Positions 50,994 to 63,399 are shown, counted from the stretch's first letter. The stretch is DNA of 63,867 bases from Gracilinanus agilis (GCF_016433145.1 NC_058132.1:64002948-64066814), one strand, 5' to 3'. The notes: generated from the letters alone by a model not told the origin. A program made the numbers and translations.

Positions 50994-53900
50994 ATGAATG
51001 AGGGTAAACCAGAATGGACACATTGGGACTCAGAACCAGGCAGGCCTATGAACTTTGCCAAGGTAAGTGGTCCTGGCATCCAGGTTGGGGTAGAGGGAGA
51101 AATTGAGGGAGGGAAGGAAAAATGAAGAAGAGACAGGAAGGAGAGCAGAATGGAGGACCTCCCCTTGGGAAGTCTGACTCCCCTGGCATAGCCTGGGTAC
51201 TGAGTGAAGTCTCCCACCTTTTAGGGTGGATTAAAAGAATCCTATGGAAGGCCAGAAGAAAAAGTACTCATCAACCGTCGGGAGGTCACAATTACGAGGG
51301 TAAGACTTTGGGTTAAGGTGACCAGGCCCTCCCATCCCAGCATTTCCCTTATAAGTGATTCTCCTGCCCCTTTTCTTCTGTATCAAGCATGCTGTCTCTT
51401 GCAGTCCTGCCCCAGCCCCCTGTGTCATCCTCAGGGTTCCCTCTGTAGTGATCTTGTCCATTATAATCCTGCCTCTCTCCAGTGCTCCCTCTGTGGTGGG
51501 GCGACTGAACTTCCCCTCTCACAGTGAGATCCTTGCTCTCTCTCTCTCTCTCTTTTTCTCTCTCTCTTTCTCCCTCCCTCCCTAGGATGCCTGGGACATG
51601 CAGGAGTTCATCACTTACATGTACATCAGACAACTCCTTCGACATCCAGCCTTCCAGGCATTGTTGGCCATACTCCTGGTGGCTAATGCCATTACCATCG
51701 CTCTGCGCACTAACTCTCACCTTGGCCAGGTGGGACCTAGGACCCAATTTCTGACACTCCTCCCTTCACCCACTCCCCAAGGTCTTCCTCTTTTCTCCAT
51801 CCCCTATCCATCTCTCTCCTGGTGAGGCACTTAGATGACCTAGTGTCTAGAATACTGGAGTATTGGAGTCAGGAAGACTAGAGTTCAACATCTGTTTCAG
51901 ACAGTTACTAGTTGTGTGATCCTGGGCAAATCACTTTTCCTCTGTATGTCTCAGTTTCCTTATCTATAAAATAGTGATAAGAATAGTACCTAGAAGGGGG
52001 CAGCTGGGTGGCTCAGTGGGTTGAAAACCAGGGCTAGAGACAGGAGGTCCTGGGTTCAAATCTGGACTCAGACACTTCCTAGCTGTGTGACTCTGGGCAA
52101 GTCCCTTAACCCCCATTGCCTAGTCCTTACCACACTCTTCTGCCTTGGAACCAATACAGGGCATTGATTCTAAGACAGAAGGTAAGGGTTTTAAAAAAAA
52201 TAGTACCTAGATCTCAGGGTTGTTGTGAGGATAAAGTGAAAGATAATATTTGCTGTTTAAAAATAGTATTTTCCCCAATTACATTTAAAAGCAATTTTAA
52301 AAATTTTAACAGATAATATTTGTAAAAAATGTTTAGTACTATGCCCAGGACATGGTAGGCCTTAATAAATTCCATTCCATATGTACTTTCATAGCACCTC
52401 TACTCATCTATCTCTGATTCTTTCCATTTCTCCCATCCATAGCACTATTTCTTGATCCATCCTTCTCTCCTGTTATCTAGTCATTCCTCCATCTATCCTT
52501 CCCTATCCATTCCTATCTCCCCTCCATCATGGCATCATCTAGTCATCCATCCATCCTCATAATCATCTATTCCTCATTTATCCTTTCCACTCTTCTCCAT
52601 CTTTCACTTCTTCCCATCTTCCACTCAGCCTTCTATCTATTCTTCCCCAACCATATTATCATCCAGTCCTCCCATCCCCATTCCTTATCTATCTATCCCT
52701 ATTCATCTTTTCATATTTCCCTCCCCAATTCCAATTCATTCAACCATGCATCTACTTCTCCCCAATTCACTCTTTCTACTCCATCTTTTCATCAATCCAT
52801 CCATTCTTTCCTCCATCTCTCTTCCTTCCACACATTCCTCAACCCATCATTCTCCATTTCTCTTTCTTTGCATTCATCCCTTTCACCATCCATTCCCTGA
52901 TGGATAAATCTTTATATCTACCCATCTTCCATCCTTTCATCTACCAACAAGGCTTCACTGTGCACTTCTTGTCCTTGGCTAAACCTCAAGGTTCAGAGAG
53001 AAATGAAGAGCAGAGAAAGATGGCTATTCTTATTTACAGGGAATTCCCTTTCCCATTAGAGAGAAGTGAGGCATATGAATCTTACTAGGCACTAGGTGTT
53101 GAGTGCCCTGCAAGAGGTCTATAGTCACTGTCAGACAAAACTGGAGGGCAAGAGCAATCATCAGAGACTTAGTCTGGGGGAAGACAGAGAAGGCCTTCTG
53201 GAGAAGATGGGCTCAGAGGTGACCCTTGAGAAATAGGTAGGATTTGGAGAGACCACGAGGAGACAATATGGTGCAGACAGTCTATACAACATTGGGCAAA
53301 TCATTTGTTCTCTCTGGGTCCCAAAAATCTTAACTGTAAAATAATGGAGTTAGACTATATGACTTCTGAGGACCCTCCAAATCTAATTCTACAGTACCAT
53401 GAGGGAGAAGATGCTCATTGTGGGAAGATAGGAGCTGAGAATCATGTAACATATAAAGGTAGCTTGGTGCAGTGAGAAAAGTGCTAGAGTTGGGATTTAG
53501 GAAGACCTGGATTTGAATCTTGTCCTTAGATATTAACTCCCTGTGTGAGCCTAGGTCACTTCCCTGGCCCTCAGTTTCATTAGAATGGATGGATTTGATG
53601 TTTTTTAAGGTCCCCCACAGTCCTGTTTCTATTATTTAGAGGAGTACTGAGTTCTGAGTTCATATCTGACCTCAGACACTTACTATGTGATCCTGGGCAA
53701 GTCACTTAACCCTGTGTGCCTCAGTTTCCTCATCTATCAAATAAGCTGCAGAAGGAAATGACAAACCACTCCAGGATGCCATGAAAACCCTAAATGAAGT
53801 CACAGAGTCAGATATGACTGAAAATAGTTCTTGAACCCATATACCTCTGGAAAAAAGCTTCAGACATCAAAATCAAGACTTGTCCGTAGTGTGAGTCCCA

Positions 53901-56721
53901 TTGCCCTGCTGGATGCCCTGCATATCACATTCAGTAAGCCATGTTCCACTTTCCTCCAGTCCCTACAGAGATCACAGGCATTACTCTCCTCCCCCTCGGC
54001 CATCATTTGGGCATTCCTCTTCTATTATTGTTTGTCCTCATTAGAATATCTTTGAGGTATATTAATTAGCACAGTGCAGCCCATGGCCAGGCTACACTCC
54101 AATCACTTTCTCAATCCCATACAACCAACAAAACAAAAATCAAGCCCTAATTTGTTGTGATTTCTGAGACATAAATGTTTACACTGAGATTTCTGTTGGA
54201 GTGAACTCCAGCACACCCTTACCTTAAAACCAGTTTCTCTAATCTCCCCGGTTACAGAGGGATGATATTGATTGGGGATTGGGTTGGGGGAAGCAGAGGA
54301 AGGAGTTAGTAAAAGCTTGTGGGAGATAGTATTTGCAGTAACCTTATTAGATTTATTTTATTTTATTTTGAAACACTGTCTTAATATCTATTCTAAGACA
54401 GAAGAACTTCGAGGGCTAGGCAATTGGGGTTAAGTGACTTGCTCAGCTAGGAAGTGTTGGAGGCCAGATTTGAACCCAGGTTCTCCAGACTCCAGGTCTG
54501 GCACTTTATCCACTGCTACCCAGTTGCTCCTACTGACTTTATTTTAAGAGTGAGACAGTCTGGGAAAGCAGATGGGAAGCCTGCCTAGGAGTCGGGAAGT
54601 CCTGGATTCAAATCCTGGTCCCAATACAGTTTCTTATGTGACTGAAGGTAAATCATTTAATCTCTCAGTACCCCAAGTGCAAGTACATATCATAAGTTAT
54701 GGATTGGTTGCCAACCTGCATTGATAAAAGGCATTTCCACACTAGAAGTTCCCCGTGCCTATGAAATCATGAAAACAGACCAAAATAAAAATATCGTAGT
54801 CATGTTATCTGAAAGGGGAAACAGGAAGACAGTAGGAACAAGGGTCCTTTATTGCTGGAACTTCCAGACACTGGTGGGAAAAGTTAGCCACAGAAAGTCC
54901 AGAGGGATTCAGAGCCAGGGGAAACCAGATCAGGGTAATCAGAGGATAAACTTGGGGCACCAGTAATAAATGCTGCAAAATAAACAGATGGAGAAAATGT
55001 TAATAATTCAGATTGAACTTAAAAATGTGAATGAACAAAAATGTTTTGTTTTGTTTTTTTCTCCAGAGAGCCGGTTGTTAAAAACCATTTACCAGCACAC
55101 CCCTGCCTAAAGGCGTGACATGAGTCAAGAAGTAGGTCAGAGAATAGACTAAGTGATACTTGAGAAGGGCAAGAGATGGCCTACCCGAATGGTCAGGGTG
55201 ATGGGGAGGAGTGGAGTGTCAGAAAGCAGGACCAAAGGAGGGCCTCTAGCTTGCGAGACTGGAGTGATAGTGTTATAAATAGAAATAGGAAAGTCCGGTT
55301 TGGGAGTGAGCTCAGTTTGGCATCCACAGGTTCAGATGGGGCAGCTCTTGGGGAGGTGTCTTCTAGGGCATTGGTGATGCAGGTTTTTCTGGAGCTCAGA
55401 GAAAAGTCAGGATTGGGAGAGCAATTGGGGCGTTACCTGCTTAGAGGTGACATCTGAAGTTATGAGAGTGGGTGAAAGATAGCATCAAAGAAGAGAGAAC
55501 AGAAGAGGAAAACACTATATTTGGGGTCAGGAGATCTGGATTCCACCCTGGGCTCTGTTCCTTACTAGGTACGTAACCACAGACAAATCCCTTAGCCTCT
55601 TTTCCCTCCTCTGTTAAATGGGAAGGGTGGGGAAAGGTTGGATGAGATGATGTCTAAATTTTCTCCTAGCACTAGGATCATAGAAGCTGTAGCACCAGGC
55701 ACACCCCAGTAAAACCATCTCAGCAAATGGGCTAAACCAGGATGAAGGTAACTGACAGGCCTCAAACCCATCATTGAATTAGAAGGGATGTCTACCCCAA
55801 GCATGTGGTGACTTCTTTTGGAATGGGTGGTTGAGAACAGTTTGTTTTAACGGCCATGAAGACGGCTAAAGTAGGTGCTGTGGAGCACTTAGAGCAGTGA
55901 TTCCCAAAGTGGGCGCCACCGCCCCCTGGTGGGTGCTGCTGCGATCCAGGGGGGCGGTAATGGCCACAGGTGCATTTATCTTTCCTATTAATTGCTATTA
56001 AATTTTTTTAAAAATTAATTTCCAGGGGGCTAAGTAATATTTTTTCTGGAAAGGGGGCATTAGGCCAAACAAGTTTGGGAACCACTGCCTTAGAGCTTGG
56101 TCTAACATCGAAAATCCAAGGCATCCAGGCTCATTGCCAGTCTTCCTGACTTTGATCTTGCCCCTAGTCTTCAATGACTCTGGGAGAGAGAGTGAGGCTG
56201 ACGTCTATGTGTAACTCTGCCTCACTTAAATCTAAATCACACTTGCAAGTCAAGACAGCACCTTGTGACAGATATCATTGTTCCTCTAAGAAAATGAAGG
56301 ACAAACAAAAGAATGGCGGGGCAGAGTGGATAAAAATGATGTCCAAGTTCTCTCCTAGCACTAGGATCACAGAATTAGAAAGAGAGAACTATCTAGTCCA
56401 ACTACTGAATAGATAATGAAACTGAAGGCCAGAGAAATTAAATGACCTGGCCAAAGTCTTTGCAGATAGTAAATAGAAGAGTCAAGATTTGAACCTAGGT
56501 CCTCCCTTCAAATCTGTCCAAATCTATGCTGCAGCCTGGGGTTGAAGAAACATATAGTGGAGGGAGAAGGTGGGGATGACTAGAGATAGTCTCCCTTTTC
56601 TCTCCTCTTTCACCCAATCCAGACCCAGGATTCTTATCAACCCTACTACTCTCATTCCCCCACCCTTGAACCCCAGAGTGACATCTCCCCTCATTCCCAG
56701 GCTTGTCCGATTGACTGACTG

Positions 56722-56771
<50 letters not shown>

Positions 56772-59700
56772 CTTCCCATATAGGAACACTATGAGTTGTT
56801 CTCTGCCATAGATGACATTGTGCTTACAATTCTCATGTGTGAGGTTCTGCTTGGCTGGTTTAATGGTTTCTGGATCTTCTGGAAGGTGAGCTCAGTCCTG
56901 TCCCTGCAACCCCAAACACCCTCCTTGTTCCTCCTATGCTTCTGCCCTTTATGTCCCAGATTCTGTCGAAGGCTTCTTTGTGAAACTGAGTGTGTCGGTG
57001 TTGGTGTGAGCAGGTGTCAGTCTCTGGAATCTGGGATGGCGAGCAGAGAAGGAGAGAATAGAAACACCCTGTTGGAGCTGCCCTTATGGCAAGTTCAGCC
57101 AAAGGAAGATCTGTTCAGATAATCCTCCTGGCCCTGGAGTCTGGTGCTGACTGGATCTCTGCAATTCTCGCTTCCATGAAAAGTGCCCTTCATGTTTTCT
57201 CCTCTTAGTCTCTGCCAAGACTATTTTTAGGTCCCCAGTTCCTGCTCACAGGAATGGCTATTAGTGGCAACAGTGGCAATGACTTGCCTTCTCATGGCAT
57301 ATATCTTTTCCTCCTTCTCATGATGTTTTTGAGGTGGCAGGAGCCCAAAAGGCAATGAACAGAGAGGAGAGAGGAAGGGGGATTGGAAAGACTTTTTAAA
57401 GGAAGTGGAATTATAGATGGGACTTGAAGGAAACTGGTGAGACTAAGGGGTAGCAATTAGGAGGAAAAGAATTCCAGGTATGAGAGAGAGAGCAAATGCA
57501 TGGAGTCAGGAGATGGAGCCTGTTGTTTGAAGAATAGGTACCTTTGACATTAATAAGGAAAAGGAGGAGAGTTTGTGGGGAAAGATTCAGTTCCATTTTG
57601 AACCTGTTGAGTTTAAAATATTTAAAAGTCTAATAGATAGATGGAAATTTGAGTCTGGAAGTTAGGAGAGAGGTTGAAGATGAATAAGTAAGTGTGAGAA
57701 TCATCCATTCATTTTATTTTATTTTTAAAAAGTTTTTATTGATTAAGAAAAATTTTCCATGGTTCCATGATTCATGTTTTTTGCCTCCCCTCCTCCCACC
57801 TCCCTCCCATAGCCGATGTGCAATTCCACTGGGTTTTACATGTATCATTGATCAAAACCTATCTCAGGGGGCAGCTGGGTAGCTCAGTGGATTGAGAGCC
57901 AGGCCTTGAGATGGGAGGTCCTAGGTTCAAATCTGGCCTCAGATACTTCTCAGCTGTGTGACCCTGGACAAGTCACTTGACCCCCATTGCCTAGCCCTTA
58001 CCACTCTTCTGCCTTGGAGCCAATATACAGTATTGACTCCAAGATGGAAGGTAAGGGTTTAAAAAAAAATAAATGAAAAAAAAAAGACCTATCAACAGCA
58101 AGAGTTAGAAAGAGAAATACCATTTAAAATCACCCTAGACAATATAAAATACTTGGGAATCTATCTACTAAAACAAACACAGGAATTATACGAACACAAC
58201 TACAAAACACTTTCCAAACAATTAAAACGATCTAAACAATTGGAAAAACATTAATTGCTCATGGGTAGGACGAGCTAACATAATAAAAATGACCATTCTA
58301 CCCAAATTAATTTACTTATTTAGTGCCTTACCTATCAAATTACCAAGAAACTTCTTTACTGAATTAGAAAAAAACTATAACAAAGTTCATTTTGAAGAAC
58401 AAAAGATCAAGAATATAAAGGGAAATAATAAGAATCATACATTTTTGAGACAAAAACTGAATCTGTAGGAGCTGATGCAATCACTTATGGAAATGGTATA
58501 GAGGGAGAAGAGAAGAGGGTCCAGGATAGAGTTTGGGGGACACCAAGGATTAATGGGTAGGACCTGAATGAAGATCCAGCAAAGGAGACTGAGGAGTGGC
58601 CAGAGTGGTGGAAGGAGGAACCGGGAACAATACTGCCATGAAAACCTAGAGAGGAGAGAGTATCAAGGAGAAGAGAGTGACTGACAGTGTGAAAGTTCGC
58701 AGAGAGGTCAAGAAAGATGAAAAGAACCCAGTGGATTTGGTTATTATGAGACAAATGGTAACTCTGAAGAGAGCAAATCCAGTTGAATGATGAGGTTAGA
58801 ACCCAGGCTGTAGAGATGAAAGGAAGTGGAAGCACCAATAGTAGACAACGTGTACAAACAAAAACAATGCAGCCAAAATCAGAAGGGAAACAACAAATTG
58901 GGAAAAAATCTTTATAACAAAAAACTCTGACAGGAGTCTAATTACTCAAATATACAAGGAGTTAAAGCAATTGTATAAAAAATCAAGCCATTCCCCAATT
59001 GATAAATGGGCAAGAGACATGAATAGGCAATTTTCAGATAAAGAAATCAAAAGTATCAATAAGCACATGAGAAAGTGTTCTAAATCTCTAATAATTAGAG
59101 AAATGTAAATCAAAACAACTCTGAGGTATCACCTCACACCTAGCAGATTGGCTAAAATGAAAGAAGGGGAGAGAAATGAATGCTGGAGGGGATGTGGCAA
59201 AATTGGGACATTAATGCCTTGCTGGTGGAGTTGTGAATTGATCCAACCATTCTGGATGGCAATTTGGAACTATGCTCAAAGGGCTATAAAAGAATGCCTC
59301 CCCTTTGATCCAGCTATACCATTGTTGGGTTTGTACCCCAAAGAGATCATAGATAAACAGACTTGTACAAAAATATTTTTAGCCAAACTTTTTGTGGTGG
59401 CAAAAAACTGGAAAATGAGGGTATGCCCTTCAATTGGGGAANCCACATTCAGAGGAAGAACTACAGGAGTGGAAACACAGAAGAAAAGCAGCTGCTTGAA
59501 CACATGGGTTGAGGCAGACATGATTGGGGATTTTGATTCGAAAGTACCACACCAATGCAACTATCAACAATTTGGAAATAGGTCTTGATCAATGACACAT
59601 GTTATAACCAATGGAAATGTGCATCGGCCAGGGGTGGGGGGAGGACGAGGGGTGAAGGGGAAAGTAGGAGCATGAATCATGTAACCATGTTAACTTTTCT

Positions 59701-62330
59701 AAAAAATGAATATTAATATTAAAAATAATATTATTAATAATAAAATAATATTATTAAAATATTATTAAAAATAATAATATTAAAAAATAGTAGACAACAT
59801 TCTCAAGATATTGAGCCACAACTTATAAGAAAGAATACTGTCCACATCTAGAGAAAGAACTGTGGGAATAGAAATCCAGAAGAAAACATCTGATTTATCA
59901 CTTGTTTATATGGGTATAGGATGTGGGGTTTTGGTTTTAAAGGATTGCTCTTTTACAAAAATGAATAATATGGAAATAGGTTCAAGTGATTATATATATA
60001 ATTGTCAATTCCAAGAGGGGGGAGGGATGAGGAGAGGGAGATAATATGAATTATGGAACCATGGAAAAATTTTTTAAAGAAATTGAGCCACAAGGGGCAA
60101 CTAGATGGCTCAGTGGATTGAGAGCCAAGCCTAGAAACAGGAGGGCCTGGATTCAAATTTGACATCAGACACTTCCCAGGTATGCTACTTTGGGCAAGTC
60201 ACTTAACTCCCATTGCCTAGACCTTAATGTTCTTCTGTCTTGGAAGCAATACACTGTATTGATTCTAAGATAGAAGATAAGGGTTTGGANNNNNNNNNNN
60301 NNNNNNNNNNNNNNNNNNNNNNNNNNNNNNNNNNNNNNNNNNNNNNNNNNNNNNNNNNNNNNNNNNNNNNNNNNNNNNNNNNNNNNNNNNNNNNNNNNNN
60401 NNNNNNNNNNNNNNNNNNNNNNNNNNNNNNNNNNNNNNNNNNNNNNNNNNNNNNNNNNNNNNNNNNNNNNNNNNNNNNNNNNNTGCTGCTTCTGTATGAA
60501 TATCCAGGAGTTAGTTCTCCTTCTCAATGGTTATCAAATCTCTGCTGCCCTCCCTAAATCCTATAGGCTTTGTGATTGAGGATCATAACAGTATGGGGCA
60601 CAGGATGCTGGTGTTAGTAGAGAACACTGAGGCAGTGATAATACAACTGTGAGGAGTAGGGAAAGTGAGCCTTAAATGATTGCCTCTGATCACCAACTCC
60701 TTTCCTACTACCCCTTCCAGGATGGATGGAACATACTCAACTTTGTGATTGTCTTTGGACTGGTCTTAGGACTCTTCTTTGATGTCTTTGATCACATTGC
60801 CATCGCCTACACCTTGAGGTAGGTAGAGTGAAAGGACCAACTGTCTTTCTGAGTCAGGGGTGCTGCTTTACACCCAGAGAACTAAGGCTTTCAAAGGAAG
60901 GTGGAAGGTGTGAGGCCCCGCCAGATGGGCTGAGCATAGGAGATGTCTGGGGTAGAGAATGCATGGGAATGGGAGTAGAGGAGTTGAGGATCACTTACTT
61001 GTCTGGCCACTCCATGGAGAATATGGGGAGAATGGGAATCTCCTCCTGGGAGGGATCAAAGAGAGGATGGAAGAATCTGAATAACTGTTCCCCTCTCCCA
61101 TCTTCAGGGCACTGAGATTGATGCATGTATGCATGGCAATAGAACCCTTGGCCCGAATTCTCCGAGTCATTATACAATCTGTACCCGACATGGCTAACAT
61201 CATGGCGCTCATCCTCTTCTTCATGCTGGTCAGTCCCTTCCTTGGGGCCTTTAGGGAGGGACCCTCTCCCACCCTAGAATCCTTTCCCTACTCTCCAAAA
61301 CCTAGCTCAAGACCCTGGAAAGAACATTGCCCTTAGGGTCAAGAGTCCCGAGTTCAAATCCCTGATATAACATTAGCATGAAAAATCCCTTTACGTCTTA
61401 TAGCCCTCCTTTCTCCATCTACAAAAGGGAGGTAGTAATGCTTATATATTACCCATCTCCTAGGGTTTTTGTGAGGGAAGCACTTAGGTAGATTGTAAAG
61501 TACCACATAAACATGCTTTGTAACTTTGATACTTAGTTAAGGTCCATGATTTCTTCCACTTGGGTCTCTACCTGTGCTTGTATAGAACTCATCCCCTTAA
61601 TGCTTTGTTGTATTGTGTCATTCCATAAATTCTCCATCAAGGCTTTCCTCTGGTTCCTTTAATATTCCCTACTTCTTTTACCTATTAAAATGCAATTATT
61701 GGGGGCAGCTAGGTGGGTCAGTGGATTGAGAGTCTGGCCCATAGATGAGAGGTTCTGGGATCAAATCTAGACTCAGATACTTCCTAGCTGGGTGACCCTA
61801 GGCAAGTCACTTGACCCCCATTGCCTAGCCCTTGCTGCTCTTCTGACTTGGAACCAATACACAGTATTGATTCTAAGACTTCAGAAGGTGAGGGTTTTTT
61901 TTAATGTAATTATTACTAATAACAATCTCTTACACCCCTTCCAACTTTCCAGGAACTGCCTTCCCATCCTCCCCCTCCCCACCTTGGTCAATTAAGTCAG
62001 CCCCAGGGTCCCACTCTGGGAAAGCATGGTGGAACAGTGGGAAGAGTACTAAACCTGAGTTCAAATCCTGCCCCTGCCATTTCCTAGTGGAATGAATGGC
62101 CTTGGTTGAGTTACTTCCTTTTCTAGGCTTTGGCTCTTTCCTCTTTAAAACAAAGGGTCCGGAATAGATGATCTCCAAATCCTACAATCTTTGTAGGTTT
62201 TCTCCGTTTTCGGAGTCACCCTCTTTGGCTCCATGGTCCCTGTCCATTTCCAGAACATGCAAGTAGCCCTTTACACCCTCTTCATCTGCATCACCCAGGA
62301 TGGTTGGGTGGACATCTATGATGACTTTCA
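50994..62330 (+). CDS. CATSPER4: Cation channel sperm-associated protein 4, 5' part (7 exons through the pore loop; continues beyond the window)
   Basis: Exons 50994-51062 (less certain), 51225-51299 ([18 protein letters not shown]), 51586-51729 ([24 protein letters not shown]), 56784-56885, 60721-60818, 61108-61228, 62197-62330 ([11 protein letters not shown]...[16 protein letters not shown], CatSper pore motif). All GT-AG and in phase. Confidence 0.95.
51536..51582. repeat. (CT)n tract forming the CATSPER4 exon 3 (51586) acceptor
   Basis: CT microsatellite directly 5' of TAG at 51583-51585. Confidence 0.85.
51996..52200 (+). mobile_element. SINE1_Mdo (further copies near 13570, 19990, 30722, 34800, 39705, 54365, 60094, 61701)
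   Basis: GGGGGCAGCTGGGTGGCTCAGTGG head, GGTTCAAAT B box and A-tail. Confidence 0.85.
52370..52940. repeat. Degenerate (TCCA)n / pyrimidine-rich low-complexity tract
   Basis: About 570 bp, nearly G-free on the + strand, with recurrent CCAT/TCCA. Confidence 0.75.
55680..56280 (+). mobile_element. RTESINE-like element carrying a hAT MITE
   Basis: Homologous to 29450-29810 on both sides of the MITE. Confidence 0.65.
55895..56087. mobile_element. hAT-Charlie-type MITE, copy 4
   Basis: TIRs CAGTGATTCCCAAA / TTTGGGAACCACTG; TSD ACTTAGAG / CCTTAGAG (7 of 8 match). Confidence 0.9.
56722..56772. repeat. (CT)n tract at the CATSPER4 exon 4 (56784) acceptor
   Basis: About 25 CT units ending roughly 10 nt before TAG at 56781-56783. 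Confidence 0.9.
57710..58430 (-). mobile_element. 5'-inverted (twin-primed-like) L1 with a SINE1_Mdo (57867-58083) at the inversion junction
   Basis: Antisense 3' end at 57710-57863 and sense ORF2 piece at 58091-58430; TSD AGAATCAT(C/A)CATT at 57697-57709 and 58431-58443. Confidence 0.7.
58850..59785 (+). mobile_element. 5'-truncated L1 (ORF2 C-terminus + 3' UTR)
   Basis: 13-bp TSD AATAGTAGACAAC at 58837-58849 and 59786-59798; [18 protein letters not shown] zinc-knuckle remnant; AT-rich tail. Confidence 0.9.
60290..60483. other. Assembly gap (194 N) in CATSPER4 intron
   Basis: Run of N starting at a SINE tail. Confidence 0.99.
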
Positions 62331-63103
62331 GTGAGTAAGGTAATGGGGCCCCTTAAGATGTGGGATGGGGAAAGACCTTATTATACAGACAGACCTCTTC
62401 CTTGAGAGGAAAAATGTCCCCTAAGCTATGAGGCAGGGCTCCTAATGGGGGTAGGGGGATAATCAGTGGTCTTTGAATGGGGGGCGTCAAATAGGAAGGC
62501 TCCAAATGAGAAGAGATGGAGGGGAAAGAGGGACTACTGACATGAAGAATTGGGGACTTCCAATTATGGGAAACACTTTAGTGTTTCTCATGAAGGCAAG
62601 AGAAGAGGCTTTTCATTAGGGGGCTGGAATTGACCCCCAACATGATTCCAGGAGGTCTGCTATGTGATTGTGAAGGAATGGCAGGACCATAGAGGAAGAC
62701 TGAGGAACCCTCTAGGTCAAAAGAAGGAAGGCCAGAAGGAAGAGCCAGAGCTAAGACCCTCATTTGTCACTTAAATGTCTGACTTTCTAGGAATGAAGGA
62801 ATTGTATTTATTTCCTTCCAGGACTATTACTTTTTTTTTCTTTTGGCTGATTTCTTTTTTAATTCTTCCAGTTATTTTATTTTCATTCCATTATGCCATT
62901 TCTATTGGTACATGGATCAATTTATCTTTAGCCCACTGACTATAATTGATTCTAATGTCTAAACTATTTTCTTTTTAGAGGATTCTCAGAGTGGATTCCA
63001 CCTTTCACTGCTACTAAGCTGCCATAGTTTTTCTTCTTTAAATGTTGTTTTATCAGTGTTATTTTCTTTTTTCACATTACTACCATTTCCCAATGATTAC
63101 CTT

Positions 63104-63131
63104 TACACACACACACACACACACACACACA
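63104..63131. repeat. (CA)n microsatellite
   Basis: About 14 CA units. Confidence 0.9.
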
Positions 63132-63399
63132 GATATTTTTTTTCCTAGACAAAAAAAAAAGAGAACCCTTTATTTAACACACTGGCCACAGCTAAAAATA
63201 CATGCCTGGTTTTGTACCTCTAGGTAATCCAATCCCTCTAAAATCATAAAACCATAGATTTAGAGCTGGAAGGGACCTCAGAGGTTATCTAATCCAGACA
63301 CCTCATTTTACAGAAAAGGAAACTGAGACTCAGAGAGATTAAGAAACTTGCCCAAGGTCATGAGAGTACAATGCATTTGCTCAGAAGCCTTACAATATT

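Larger units (their letters stand above)
57330..59815 (-). mobile_element. Decayed L2 hosting two independent L1 insertions and a SINE
   Basis: Antisense L2 pieces at 57330-57709, 58431-58849 and 59786-59815 are colinear once the TSD-flanked inserts are removed. Confidence 0.7.

Noticed and set aside
52529-52900. 123-aa Ser/His/Ile-rich ORF
   Set aside because: Artefact of the G-poor (TCCA)n tract, which has few stop codons.
57867-57960. tRNA-like heads with A and B boxes (about 20 occurrences)
   Set aside because: These are 5' ends of SINE1_Mdo, followed by SINE body, A-tail and TSD; they are not tRNA genes.
58091-59785. Apparent single L1 with an older L2 inserted in it
   Set aside because: Separate TSD pairs (57697/58431 and 58837/59786) show two independent L1 insertions into one L2.
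60165-60557. ORFs spanning X runs
   Set aside because: Artefacts of translating the N gap.
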